The notes: generated by a model not told the origin, from the letters alone. Numbered from the stretch's first letter, positions 28,569 through 38,077 are shown. The stretch is 64,000 nucleotides of DNA from Candidatus Latescibacterota bacterium (GCA_965200315.1 OZ241362.1:3520001-3584000), one strand, 5' to 3'. Translations and numbers: made by a program.

Positions 28569-29371
28569 GACTGCCCCAGCTCAGCGGAGCGCTCGGCTGC
28601 GGCCAACACGGTGCTGATCAGAGCGTCGCGCAGGCCCTTTTCTTCTAGCTTGTGCAGCCCGGCAGCCGTAGTGCCGCCCGGCGAAGTAACTTGGTCCCTG
28701 AGCACGGCCGGATGCTCACCGCTTTCGAGCACGAGGTGCGCGGCACCGAGCAGAGTTTGTGCGGCGAGTGTCAATGCGGTTTTGCGCGGTAGGCCGGCGC
28801 GTACGCCGCCGTCGGCGAGAGCCTCGATGACGGTGTAAGCCCAAGCCGGGCCGCTGCCGGAAAGTCCGGTAACGGCGTCCATGAGACTTTCGGCGACCTC
28901 GACTGTAGTACCGACTAAGTCGAAGAGAGACCGCACTTGCGCCACCTGCTCTGCGCTGGCAGCGCGACCCGTGCAGAGAGCGCAAGCCGCACCCCTGATC
29001 CTCACCAGCGTCTGCGGCATGACGCGCACCACGGGGATTTGTGCAGGCAGTAGCTCTTCGAGTCGGGCAGTCGATACGCCGGCCATGAGCGAGACGACAA
29101 TCTGCTGGGTGCTAAAATGCGTGGCTAGCGCCTTCAATACGGGATCGGCCACTTGCGGCTTGAGCACCAAAATCACCAAGTCCTGACCGCGAACCGCATC
29201 TGCTGAGTCCGCGCTGGTGTGGACGCCCAACGCCGACAAGCCTTCGAGGGCTTCCGGCCTGATGTCGGCCGCGGTTATCTGACCCACAGGAAGTTGACCA
29301 ACCAAACCCTCGATCAGCGCCCGCCCCATGTTGCCGGTACCCACAAACCCCAATTTGCTCTTTTCGATCAT
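28565..29371 (-). CDS. proC: Pyrroline-5-carboxylate reductase
   Basis: GFVGTGNMG, LSGSGPA, VTSPGGTT. Confidence 0.95.
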   Translation of the reverse strand: MIEKSKLGFVGTGNMGRALIEGLVGQLPVGQITAADIRPEALEGLSALGVHTSADSADAVRGQDLVILVLKPQVADPVLKALATHFSTQQIVVSLMAGVSTARLEELLPAQIPVVRVMPQTLVRIRGAACALCTGRAASAEQVAQVRSLFDLVGTTVEVAESLMDAVTGLSGSGPAWAYTVIEALADGGVRAGLPRKTALTLAAQTLLGAAHLVLESGEHPAVLRDQVTSPGGTTAAGLHKLEEKGLRDALISTVLAAAERSAELGQS

Positions 29372-29493
29372 TAATTTTTAGACCTCAAAATACGACAAAT
29401 TCCAAGCGCAAAAATTAAAATGCCCGTTTTCGCAAATTATGTCAAACGCCTCTAGGGAGGGCATTTTCCCCTATGAAGAAGCTACATTTTTGC

Positions 29494-29521
29494 TTGACTT
29501 ATACTGCCCTCGTACTATATT
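29494..29521 (+). promoter_or_regulatory. Putative sigma70 promoter of the SWIB gene
   Basis: TTGACT-N16-TATATT in an AT-rich divergent intergenic region. Confidence 0.5.
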
Positions 29522-29658
29522 GAAAAGACTAATGTTGTAGCTGCACAAAACGGGTAGAATCGGCCTTAAATTTCACGAGGCGAAAGAGGCCGAGAAACCA
29601 AATTCTTAAACAACCCCCTTTCGTGGGTTTTACCCCTACAGCCAAAGGAGAACTTTTT

Positions 29659-30048
29659 ATGGCGAAGAAGAAACCTGTTGCCAAGAAGAAGGCCGCTGGC
29701 AAGAAGAAGGCTGCTCCTGAGAAGGCCGCTGGCAAGAAGAAGGCTGCTCCTGAGAAGGCCGCCGCCAAGAAGAAGGCTGCTCCTGAGAAGGCGAAACGCA
29801 AGCCCAATCCCGCTTTCATGAGGCCCTTGCAGCCCGACGCCGCCCTAGGGGCTATAGTCGGTAACAAGCCCTTGCCGCGTACTCAGATTACCAAGAAAAT
29901 CTGGGCGTACATCAAGAAGAATGGTCTGCAAGACCAGAAAAACAAGCGCATGATTAATGCCGACGACAAGCTCAAAGCCATCTTCGGCGGTGCGAAGAAA
30001 GTGAGCATGTTTGACTTGCCCAAACGAGTTAATGAGCATGTGGAATAG
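29659..30048 (+). CDS. SWIB/MDM2 domain protein with histone-H1-like Lys/Ala-rich N-terminus
   Basis: PNPAFMRP...PRTQITKKIWAYIKKNGLQD...INADDKLK; AAAGGAG RBS. Confidence 0.92.
   Translation: MAKKKPVAKKKAAGKKKAAPEKAAGKKKAAPEKAAAKKKAAPEKAKRKPNPAFMRPLQPDAALGAIVGNKPLPRTQITKKIWAYIKKNGLQDQKNKRMINADDKLKAIFGGAKKVSMFDLPKRVNEHVE
29701..29793 (+). repeat. 33-bp coding tandem repeat (~2.8 copies; KKKAAPEKAAG)
   Basis: AAGAAGAAGGCTGCTCCTGAGAAGGC at 29701, 29734, 29767. Confidence 0.9.
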
Positions 30049-30084
30049 TTACTCCTGAGCAAGACATCATAGTCTAGTGCCATT

Positions 30085-30119
30085 GGAGAGGGATCCCCAG
30101 CGGGGAGTCCCTCTCTTTG
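30085..30119 (+). terminator. Intrinsic terminator after the SWIB gene
   Basis: GAGAGGGA-TCCCC...GGGGA-GTCCCTCTC stem followed by TTTGT. Confidence 0.65.
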
Positions 30120-30138
30120 TTACATTACCCTCGCGTCT

Positions 30139-31191
30139 ATGACCCCTGAATTTGTTGAGCTAGTTCTAGCCGTTAGCGTCGTCCTCGTCGTATCCTGTGT
30201 TTGTTCGCTCTTGGAAGCTGCGCTCTATTCGCTGCCGGCCAGTCAGATCGAAATGCTGGCCGACCAAGGGCGCACTTCGGGCAAGATCCTCAAGAGCTTG
30301 CACGCGGATATCCAGCGCCCCATCTCGGCCATCCTCACGCTGAATACCTTGGCCCATACTGGCGGAGCTGCCATTGCCGGTGCCGCCTTTGTCGGAGTAT
30401 TTCCGCGGACTTGGGAGACGTACTTTATCATCGCCTTCTCGCTGGCGGTACTCATCTTTACAGAGATTCTTCCCAAGACGGTAGGCGTGGTGCATGCCCG
30501 CGTTCTCGCTCGGTTTATAGCTCGCCCGATCCAATGGCTGGTATGGCTGTTTGCGCCCTTTATTTGGCTCAACAAATTCATCGTTCGGCTCATAACCGCT
30601 GGGGCGCCCGATGTGCCGGAGGTCGTGCCGGAAGAGATTGAGATTATCGCACGGATGAGCCGCCGATCCGGTGCCATTTCCCACGACCAAGAGCGCGTCA
30701 TCCAAAACATCCTCAAGCTCGACGAATTGCGCGCCCGCGATATTATGACCCCGCGCACAGTAGTCCACTGTCTAGACCGCGACTTGACCTTGGCCGAGGC
30801 CCGCCAGCAGTCCGGTAGCTGGTCTCACAGCCGGGTGCCCCTCTATCAGGAAGAGCGGGAAAACATCGTCGGCTTGGTGCTGCGGCGCGATGCGTTCAGT
30901 GCCTTGGCCGATGGCCGCGACCAAGCCAAGCTATATGAGGTTGGCCGTTCCATCCATGCGGTGCCCGAGTCGGCGCGGGCCAGCCGCCTACTCGAAGAAT
31001 TCATCCAGCGGCGCGAGCACCTTTTTGCCGTCGTCGATGAATACGGTGGATTCGCTGGCATCGTTACCTTGGAGGACGTGATTGAAGAAATCGTCGGTCA
31101 GGAGATTGTCGGCGAATTCGATCCGGCCGTCGATATGCAGGAGCGTGCGCGGCAGGAGCGCCAAGACCTGACCGACTCAGCACCAGAATGA
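30139..31191 (+). CDS. CNNM (DUF21) + CBS domain hemolysin/CorB-like protein
   Basis: AILTLNT, EILPKT, IMTPR, HSRVP, VVDEYG...VTLEDVIEEIVG. Confidence 0.9.
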   Translation: MTPEFVELVLAVSVVLVVSCVCSLLEAALYSLPASQIEMLADQGRTSGKILKSLHADIQRPISAILTLNTLAHTGGAAIAGAAFVGVFPRTWETYFIIAFSLAVLIFTEILPKTVGVVHARVLARFIARPIQWLVWLFAPFIWLNKFIVRLITAGAPDVPEVVPEEIEIIARMSRRSGAISHDQERVIQNILKLDELRARDIMTPRTVVHCLDRDLTLAEARQQSGSWSHSRVPLYQEERENIVGLVLRRDAFSALADGRDQAKLYEVGRSIHAVPESARASRLLEEFIQRREHLFAVVDEYGGFAGIVTLEDVIEEIVGQEIVGEFDPAVDMQERARQERQDLTDSAPE

Positions 31192-31239
31192 GGTCGCCTG
31201 TTCAGCGCGTCTTTTTTTGCCTAAGTTTTTACTCGCTGT

Positions 31240-31405
31240 CTAAGTACCCGACCGTAGCGTGGTCTGGGATGCTTCGCTTTGCTCAGCATGACAACCGGGG
31301 TGTCGGCACCGGTCCTGTGGAGCGGAGTCGAAGTATCTTAATAGATCCGCAGATGGACGCAGAATCTATTGTGTAACGTCCGTTGAAGTACTGTCGGGTA
31401 CTTAG
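31240..31405. mobile_element. 166-bp MITE with 17-bp TIRs and 8-bp TSD
   Basis: TIRs CTAAGTACCCGACCGTA / TACTGTCGGGTACTTAG (16/17); direct repeat CTCGCTGT at 31232-31239 and 31406-31413. Confidence 0.88.
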
Positions 31406-31444
31406 CTCGCTGTTAAACCCTCTCAAAAGGAGTATTTACGGACG

Positions 31445-32524
31445 ATGAAAGCGCTCGTCGCGCTCGCGGACGGCACTGTCTTTGAGGGCCGTGCCCTGGG
31501 CCGCGGGGGTGAGTGCCTCGGCGAAATGGTCTTCAATACTAGCATGACCGGCTATCAGGAGATTCTCACAGACCCCTCCTATGCCGGCCAGATTGTCACC
31601 ATGACGTACCCACTCATAGGCAACTACGGGATCGCGCCCGAAGACGATGAATCAGCGCGGCCCCAAGTTAGCGGCTTCCTGATGAAAGAGTGCTCTCGTC
31701 TGCCGAGTAGCTGGCGGGCGCGCCAGAGTCTGCCCGAATACCTCGAAGAGCACGGCGTTTTGGGCATCGAGGGCATCGATACCCGCGAATTGACCCGGCG
31801 AGTGCGCATCAAGGGCGTGATGGACGCCGCCATTTCCACCACAGACCTCGACCCGGACAGCTTAGTCGAAAAGGCGTGTGCTTGGCCGGGGTTGGTCGGT
31901 GTGGACATGGTAGCCGCCGTTAGCTGCTCTGCGCCTTACGTCGAAAGCCCCCAAGCCCCGCGCTTCCACGTCGTTGCCCTAGACTACGGAATTAAGCGCA
32001 ATATCGTCCGCTGCTTGGTTGCCGCAGGATGTAAGGTGACGGTCGTACCGGCCAAAACCACGGCCGACGAGGTCTTGGCCTTGGCGCCGGACGGCGTCTT
32101 TCTCTCCAACGGCCCGGGCGATCCCCGCCCCCTCGACTACGCAATTGCGACTTGTAAGGGCCTCATCGGCAAGAAGCCGATCTTCGGCATCTGCTTGGGC
32201 CACGAGATTCTCGGCTTGGCCTTTGGCGCGGAAATTTACCGCCTCAAGTTCGGGCACCGAGGGGCCAACCAGCCGATCAAGGAACGCGCCAGCGACCGAA
32301 TTCTGATCACCTCTGAAAACCACGGCTGGGGCATTGCTGCCGACTCGCTGCCCGATTGCCTCGAAATCACGCGCCTCAACCTCAATGACCATTGCGTCGA
32401 GGGCCTGCACCACCGCGAATTGCCCATTTTTTCTATCCAGTGCCACCCGGAGGCCTCGCCAGGCCCGCACGACAGCTTCCACTTATTCAGCTACTTTGCC
32501 GAGCTGATGGAAGCGCACTCTTAA
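31445..32524 (+). CDS. carA: Carbamoyl-phosphate synthase small subunit
   Basis: FNTSMTGYQEILTDPSY, SNGPGDP, GICLGH, HPEASPGPHD. Confidence 0.96.
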   Translation: MKALVALADGTVFEGRALGRGGECLGEMVFNTSMTGYQEILTDPSYAGQIVTMTYPLIGNYGIAPEDDESARPQVSGFLMKECSRLPSSWRARQSLPEYLEEHGVLGIEGIDTRELTRRVRIKGVMDAAISTTDLDPDSLVEKACAWPGLVGVDMVAAVSCSAPYVESPQAPRFHVVALDYGIKRNIVRCLVAAGCKVTVVPAKTTADEVLALAPDGVFLSNGPGDPRPLDYAIATCKGLIGKKPIFGICLGHEILGLAFGAEIYRLKFGHRGANQPIKERASDRILITSENHGWGIAADSLPDCLEITRLNLNDHCVEGLHHRELPIFSIQCHPEASPGPHDSFHLFSYFAELMEAHS

Positions 32525-32555
32525 ACCCTGATTCCTTGAACAAGGAGGAATAGAT

Positions 32556-32831
32556 ATGGCCGTACCTATTACCAATTTAGTACAAGCACTTCCCTTCATA
32601 AAAAGGGCAGTATGGCTGCCATTGCTGAACTTGGTGGGAGAAAAAAACGAGTTTCGGATTATAATAACATCCTCAGACTATGTTGAAATCAGAGTGTTAT
32701 GGGGACTTTTCAGTTTTGAACGTGGGGAAAAGAGAGAATTCGTTGTGCAAGGGACAGAAGCTTATGTTACGTCGATAATTTCATCGCTGTCATCAAGAGG
32801 ACTAGATGTCAGTGGATATATAGAACGATAG
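32556..32831 (+). CDS. Hypothetical protein (91 aa, low GC)
   Basis: AAGGAGG RBS and ATG; fills the gap between carA and the Ldh_2 gene. Confidence 0.6.
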   Translation: MAVPITNLVQALPFIKRAVWLPLLNLVGEKNEFRIIITSSDYVEIRVLWGLFSFERGEKREFVVQGTEAYVTSIISSLSSRGLDVSGYIER

Positions 32832-32844
32832 AAGGAGCCCCTTC

Positions 32845-33891
32845 ATGCCCGTAGTCCAACACAACGTCCTCAAAGACCTCTGCTACCGCATTTTTGCCGC
32901 TACGGGTATTCCCGCAGAGGACGCCCGCATCGTCGCCGACCACGTCGTCGAAAGCCACCTGCACGGTCACGACTCGCACGGCACTTGGCTAGTCTCCGGC
33001 TATGCCCGCGGTATGCGAGATAACTACATCCGCTGGGAAGAGACCGAAGTCGTGCGCGACACCCCGGTGCTCAGGGTCATCAACGGCAAAGGGGCCAACG
33101 GCATTGTCGCCGTCAATCGCGCCCTCGACATTGCCGTCAAAAAAGCCCAAAACTCCACCTTCGGCTTTGTCGGCCTCAACCACCTCACCCATATCTGTCG
33201 CCTCGGCGACTATCCGCCGCGGATCGCCGAAAGGGGCATGATCGGCATGGTTTGGCTCAACGGCGGCGGCCTCTTCCTCGCGCCCTTCGGCTCGGCCGAC
33301 CGCCGCCTGCGTCCTGAGCCTATCGCCTTTTCCGCCCCGCGCCAGAATGGTCCGCCGTTCATGCTCGATATGACCATGACCGTCGTGGCCGGTGGTAAAA
33401 TCGTCCAGAAGAACATCCGCCAAGAGCCGATGCCCGAGGGTTGGGTTATAGATCGGGAAGGCCAGCCCGTCACCGACGCCCAGCGCTATTTAGACGACGC
33501 CGAAGGCACCGGCGTCTTACCGTTGGGTGGCCTACAGTTTGGACACAAGGGCAGCGGACTGGCGATGATGGTGGAAATGTTGGTGGGACCGCTCTCTCAT
33601 GCGGGTTGCACCAAAGAAGGCGGCAACGGTGGTAACGGAATCATGGTTCTGGCGATCAATATCGAGGACTTTATCGATTTGGATTCGTACGAGCGCGAAG
33701 TCGAAGAGATGGCCAAGTGGGTGTGCTCGGCTCGTCCGTTGCCCGGGTTTGAGCAAGTCTATGCGCCCGGCGAAATCGAACAGAAGACGAGGGCGCGGCT
33801 GCTAGCCGAAGGCATTGATTTGCCCCAACCCACTTGGGATGAAATCGGCAAGGTGGCGGCGGAGTTGGGCGTGGAGATGCCCGCTCTGTGA
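32845..33891 (+). CDS. Ldh_2 family (malate/L-lactate/ureidoglycolate-type) oxidoreductase
   Basis: GHDSHG, GHKGSGL, VYAPGE. Confidence 0.9.
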   Translation: MPVVQHNVLKDLCYRIFAATGIPAEDARIVADHVVESHLHGHDSHGTWLVSGYARGMRDNYIRWEETEVVRDTPVLRVINGKGANGIVAVNRALDIAVKKAQNSTFGFVGLNHLTHICRLGDYPPRIAERGMIGMVWLNGGGLFLAPFGSADRRLRPEPIAFSAPRQNGPPFMLDMTMTVVAGGKIVQKNIRQEPMPEGWVIDREGQPVTDAQRYLDDAEGTGVLPLGGLQFGHKGSGLAMMVEMLVGPLSHAGCTKEGGNGGNGIMVLAINIEDFIDLDSYEREVEEMAKWVCSARPLPGFEQVYAPGEIEQKTRARLLAEGIDLPQPTWDEIGKVAAELGVEMPAL

Positions 33892-33894
33892 GCG

Positions 33895-35142
33895 TTAGAA
33901 CAGTTTAAAATTTTCCGCATCCATGCAGTGCGCTTGGTGCATGAGCACGGCGTTCAGCAGTTCTATGGCCAGCCGCGACTCTAAGGTTGCGCCGGCGCGT
34001 ACTCCCACGCAGGGATCGTGGCGTCCCTTGGCGAGTTGGAACTCGATTTCTTCGAGGTCTTTGCGCACGGAATTTTGGGGCCGGGCAATGGTGGCCGTGG
34101 GCTTGAAGCTCAAGCGGCAGACGAGCGGCATACCCGTGGTCACGCCGCCGAGCAGGCCGCCGTGGCTGTTGCTCTGGTAGCCGTCTTTGCGGATGGGATC
34201 GTTGTGCTCGCTGCCACGGCGCAGAGACGAAGCGCGGCCCGTGCCTATTTCGCAGGCTTGCACCGCGTGTAGGCCGCCGAGGCTACCCATCAGGCGCAAC
34301 TTCAGGCTCTGGTATAGCGGCTCGCCGATGAGGGGAGGCACGTTGACGGCCACTACTTCGAGTGCCGCGCCGATCGAGTCCTGCTCCTTGCGAGTCTTGG
34401 CAATCAGCTCGGCGGCTTGGCGAGCGAAATCCCCATCCACCGCACGGAGTGGTCCGCATTCCAATTCGCTTTCGAGGGCGGTACACGTCGCAGGAGACAG
34501 GAGCTGCCCGTCGGCTTCGGCTAGTTCGGCGACTCGGGTCGCTAGGGAGATGCCCGTCTCCAGCGGCCCGACTTGGCAGATCGAAGAGAAAATGGCCGTG
34601 CCAAAGTGCTCGGCCAGATAGAGGCGGGCAATGGTGCCGCCGATGACGTCGGAGATGGTTGAGCGATAGCTGGAACGCCCGCCGCCGCGCACATCGACAA
34701 AGCCCCGCGATTTGTAGTGCTTGACTAAATCGGTATGCCCGGGTCGGACGTGTCCCGACGGCCCGGTGAACTGCTTGTAGTCGTCCGAGCGCTTGGCGGC
34801 CGAGAGCACAGCCGCGGCGATTGGCTCGCCCGTAGTGAAGCCAGCTTCATAGGTGCGCACCGGCGTATCGTCCTCGCTTAGGTGTAAATGCAGAGCCGGG
34901 CCGGATAGGAGCTGGTCGTGATCTTCCGAGTAGAGGCCGGACAGCAGGGCGACTTGGTCGTCCTCTCGCCGGGGGGTGCCTAGCTTGTTGCTGCCGGGGC
35001 GGCGGCGGTCGAGATAGTGCTGGATCTGGGTGCGCTCCACCCACAGGCCGGAGGGACAGCCGAAGACCGTGGTGACAATCGCCGGCCCGTGTGATTCGCC
35101 TGCTCCGGCAACGCCAAAAAGCGGCCCGCCGAGTACTTCCAT
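33895..35142 (-). CDS. aroC: Chorismate synthase (divergent)
   Basis: GESHGP, RRRPG, RPGHTD, GGGRSS, FKPTATI, GRHDPCV. Confidence 0.9.
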   Translation of the reverse strand: MEVLGGPLFGVAGAGESHGPAIVTTVFGCPSGLWVERTQIQHYLDRRRPGSNKLGTPRREDDQVALLSGLYSEDHDQLLSGPALHLHLSEDDTPVRTYEAGFTTGEPIAAAVLSAAKRSDDYKQFTGPSGHVRPGHTDLVKHYKSRGFVDVRGGGRSSYRSTISDVIGGTIARLYLAEHFGTAIFSSICQVGPLETGISLATRVAELAEADGQLLSPATCTALESELECGPLRAVDGDFARQAAELIAKTRKEQDSIGAALEVVAVNVPPLIGEPLYQSLKLRLMGSLGGLHAVQACEIGTGRASSLRRGSEHNDPIRKDGYQSNSHGGLLGGVTTGMPLVCRLSFKPTATIARPQNSVRKDLEEIEFQLAKGRHDPCVGVRAGATLESRLAIELLNAVLMHQAHCMDAENFKLF

Positions 35143-35288
35143 GCCAAAGGCTCCTTTGCCAAGGGATGCAAAAATTTACGGTTTTGCTTGGTGGGCGGCA
35201 ATCGGTGCGTTGCCAGTTGTGGACTAGGGATACAGAAGCGTGGAAGCGGTTTTTTTGTTATTTTTTGAGCAACGCAAAGAGGTGATCA

Positions 35289-36755
35289 ATGGCAACCCAC
35301 GAGAAGAAGCGCGGCGTTCCGAACGGCCGATACAAGAAGATCGAATCCGAGCTGCGCACGGAACTGATCGCGGCTCAAGAACGGTTGCAGCAAGCACGAT
35401 TTCCAACGCTCATCCTCTTGGGTGGTTTCGCTGGCGCAGGTACGAGCGCGGCGAGCAACGCGCTCAGGCAGTGGATGGACTCGCACGGCATTGCGGTGTG
35501 CGCCTTTGAGCCACCGTCCTCAGAAGAGCGCGAGCGCCCGGAGTACTGGCGCTATTGGCTTTCCCTGCCGCCGAAGGGAACCATCGGCATCTACTTGAAC
35601 GGCTGGTACGACCGTCCGCTGTGCGACCTAGCTCATGGGCGCAGCGATGAGGAGGCTTTTGACCGCGCCGCCGATCGTATCGCGGCCTTTGAAAACGCGC
35701 TCGTCGTCGATGGTGCGCTGCTGATCAAGTTGTGGATCCACTTGGACAAAGACGCGCGGCAGCAACGCATTGCGGATTTGGATCAAAACCCGCTGACCCG
35801 CTGGCGGGTGAACGCGAGCGCAAGGGAGGGCTTGCAGTACTACGAAGAGTTCAAACGAGCCGCCGACCGCTTACTGCACAAGACCAACATCAGCGGCACT
35901 CGTTGGCAGGTCGTCGAAGGCAGCGACTCTCGCTACACATTGGCGGTGGGCCGCGCCGTGCGCGACGCCATTCGCCAGCACCTAGGGGAAAAAAAGAGCC
36001 GTCCTAAACTCGTTAGCTCAGACTGGCCGCCCGCGTCCAGCGTACTAGCTCAGTTGGACCTAGAAAAGCGGGTGCCCAAGAAGGAGTACCAAGCCCTGCT
36101 TGAGCGATACCAAGGCCGGCTCTATCGCTTGACTCAGCAGGCGCGCCGCAAAGGCGTTTCGACCGTCTTGGTTTTTGAAGGAGCCGATGCAGCGGGCAAG
36201 GGTGGGGTCATCCAGCGCCTGACCGACGCCCTCGACGCCAGTGTCTATAAGATCATCCAAGTCGCCGCCCCCACGGATGAGGAACACGCCCAACACTACC
36301 TCTGGCGCTTTTGGTGCCACCTGCCGCCCGCAGGCCGAATGGTGATTTTCGACCGCAGTTGGTATGGCCGGGTGCTAGTCGAGCGCGTCGAGGGCTTTGC
36401 CGACGGAGCAGCTTGGCAGCGAGCATACGGCGAAATCAACGATTTTGAGGAGCAGCTAACAGATCACGGTATGGTGGTGGCCAAGTACTGGATTCACATA
36501 GACAAAGACGAGCAACTCCGACGCTTCAAGGCACGTCAGGTGACTCCGCACAAGCGCTGGAAGATCACCGAGGAAGACTGGCGCAACCGAGAGAAATGGG
36601 ACGAGTACGAGGCCGCTGTTGACGACATGGTAGCCCGCACCCACACGACTACTGCTCCTTGGACCTTGGTGGAGGGCAACGACAAACGCTTCGCCCGCCT
36701 CAAGGTCATCGAGACGTTTTGCCAGCAGCTAGAGCAGGCGCTGGCTAGAGGATGA
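35289..36755 (+). CDS. pap: Polyphosphate:AMP phosphotransferase (two-domain PPK2)
   Basis: Two PPK2 domains; C-terminal EGADAAGKGG, FDRSWYGRVLVERVEG, WKITEEDWRNR. Confidence 0.92.
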   Translation: MATHEKKRGVPNGRYKKIESELRTELIAAQERLQQARFPTLILLGGFAGAGTSAASNALRQWMDSHGIAVCAFEPPSSEERERPEYWRYWLSLPPKGTIGIYLNGWYDRPLCDLAHGRSDEEAFDRAADRIAAFENALVVDGALLIKLWIHLDKDARQQRIADLDQNPLTRWRVNASAREGLQYYEEFKRAADRLLHKTNISGTRWQVVEGSDSRYTLAVGRAVRDAIRQHLGEKKSRPKLVSSDWPPASSVLAQLDLEKRVPKKEYQALLERYQGRLYRLTQQARRKGVSTVLVFEGADAAGKGGVIQRLTDALDASVYKIIQVAAPTDEEHAQHYLWRFWCHLPPAGRMVIFDRSWYGRVLVERVEGFADGAAWQRAYGEINDFEEQLTDHGMVVAKYWIHIDKDEQLRRFKARQVTPHKRWKITEEDWRNREKWDEYEAAVDDMVARTHTTTAPWTLVEGNDKRFARLKVIETFCQQLEQALARG

Positions 36756-36782
36756 GCAGTACGGACATTTCCGCTCCGGTGC

Positions 36783-38042
36783 GTGGGAGTTAAAAATTTG
36801 CGCGTTCAATCGAACTATTGCCAGAGCGCGTCCGCAACGATCGCTGCGGCGTTCCATGCGAGGTCTGGGAAGTACCGCTATCTAGGGCAAATTCTCGAAG
36901 TTCCCAAGGATCAGTACGAAGCCTGTGTGCAGCAGATGCGCGACCGCATCGCCCGCGGCCAAATTCCGGGCGTTGCGGATCCCGAGGCCGCGGCGGCCCT
37001 GATCAAGCAGGGCGCGGTGACCTATGTGCAGGCGCGGAACATAGCTCGGGCAGGGAATGTTGATTCCTTGGTCTTTGACGCAAAAACGCAACAAGTGACC
37101 GCAATGGATGCATCGGCGGTCTCGTCTGTTATCACGTATGCCCAAGATCGCCACGGCGGCACGAGTAGTCCAGATGCGCTCAGAGCAGCGTTCCGGGCCG
37201 CCCTCGACTCTGGCAGCAATACACTTATAGCAAGCCTCGTCAGTGCCCAGTGGCTGCGGCCTCTCGTTGGCATCCAGTTGTTGCGTCCCAAGACGGCTGC
37301 CATTGGAGCAGCAGCGATGCGCAATGGAGTAAGAGCCTTATGGCGCACCTTAAACGCTGAGGGTGGGCGCGAGGTCGTCCAGCGCATCGCTGTCGTCTTC
37401 AAGGCCAACAGCATCGCCACCTCTGGTGCGGGCGCATTCAGGCACGTCTCCAGACTCCTCCGTTCCAATGCTATAACTGCGGTAGTAACAACCGTAGTGA
37501 CAAGTATTCCAGACTTCTACCGCGCCGCTTTCGTTGGTTGCATTTCTTGGCAGCAGTTCGCCAAGAACACCACAGTGAATGCCGCCGCCGTTGTCGGGGG
37601 CATTGGCGGCTGGATGGGTGGCACGGCCTTAGGAGTCGCCGCTGGCAACGCAGTGCCTTTTATCAGCACGTCCGTAGGCAGCATTATCGGCGGCATCGCA
37701 GGTGGGTTGGCCGGGGGCACCGGGGCGCAATTTGCGACCAAGGCTCTTGCCGATAAGGTGGTTAAAGACGACTCAAAGGACCTGATTGCAGCGATGGAAG
37801 ACGAGGTACAATTGCTTGCAATTGAGTATATGCTTACGGAAAGCGAAGTGGAACAAATCGCGGCGGAAGTTGGCAAGACCGTAAATCCGAAGTGGCTTCA
37901 AAGCATGTACAAGGAGACGAACAAATCCGCTGACGACCATGCCCGTCGCAGATTTGTCCGCACCGAGTTTGAACCAAAATTTGCCGCAATCATTCAAAAG
38001 CGGCCCAAAATTATGTCTCCTTCGGTTGAAGAATCAGCTTAG
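36783..38042 (+). CDS. Hypothetical membrane-associated protein with glycine-zipper region, probably N-terminally truncated
   Basis: 419-aa ORF; QILEVPKDQY...QARNIARAGNVDSL and GxxxG-rich hydrophobic stretch; weak start context. Confidence 0.6.
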   Translation: MGVKNLRVQSNYCQSASATIAAAFHARSGKYRYLGQILEVPKDQYEACVQQMRDRIARGQIPGVADPEAAAALIKQGAVTYVQARNIARAGNVDSLVFDAKTQQVTAMDASAVSSVITYAQDRHGGTSSPDALRAAFRAALDSGSNTLIASLVSAQWLRPLVGIQLLRPKTAAIGAAAMRNGVRALWRTLNAEGGREVVQRIAVVFKANSIATSGAGAFRHVSRLLRSNAITAVVTTVVTSIPDFYRAAFVGCISWQQFAKNTTVNAAAVVGGIGGWMGGTALGVAAGNAVPFISTSVGSIIGGIAGGLAGGTGAQFATKALADKVVKDDSKDLIAAMEDEVQLLAIEYMLTESEVEQIAAEVGKTVNPKWLQSMYKETNKSADDHARRRFVRTEFEPKFAAIIQKRPKIMSPSVEESA

Positions 38043-38077
38043 AGCGTCTCTATATTCACCGGCTCCAAGCAACGTCC

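Noticed and set aside
29701-29793. CRISPR-like repeat array
   Set aside because: Repeats are contiguous with no spacers and are in-frame coding; no cas genes or arrays seen in the window
31413-32529. TTAAACCCT on both sides of carA as a TSD
   Set aside because: 9-bp match around a core gene with no TIRs; likely chance
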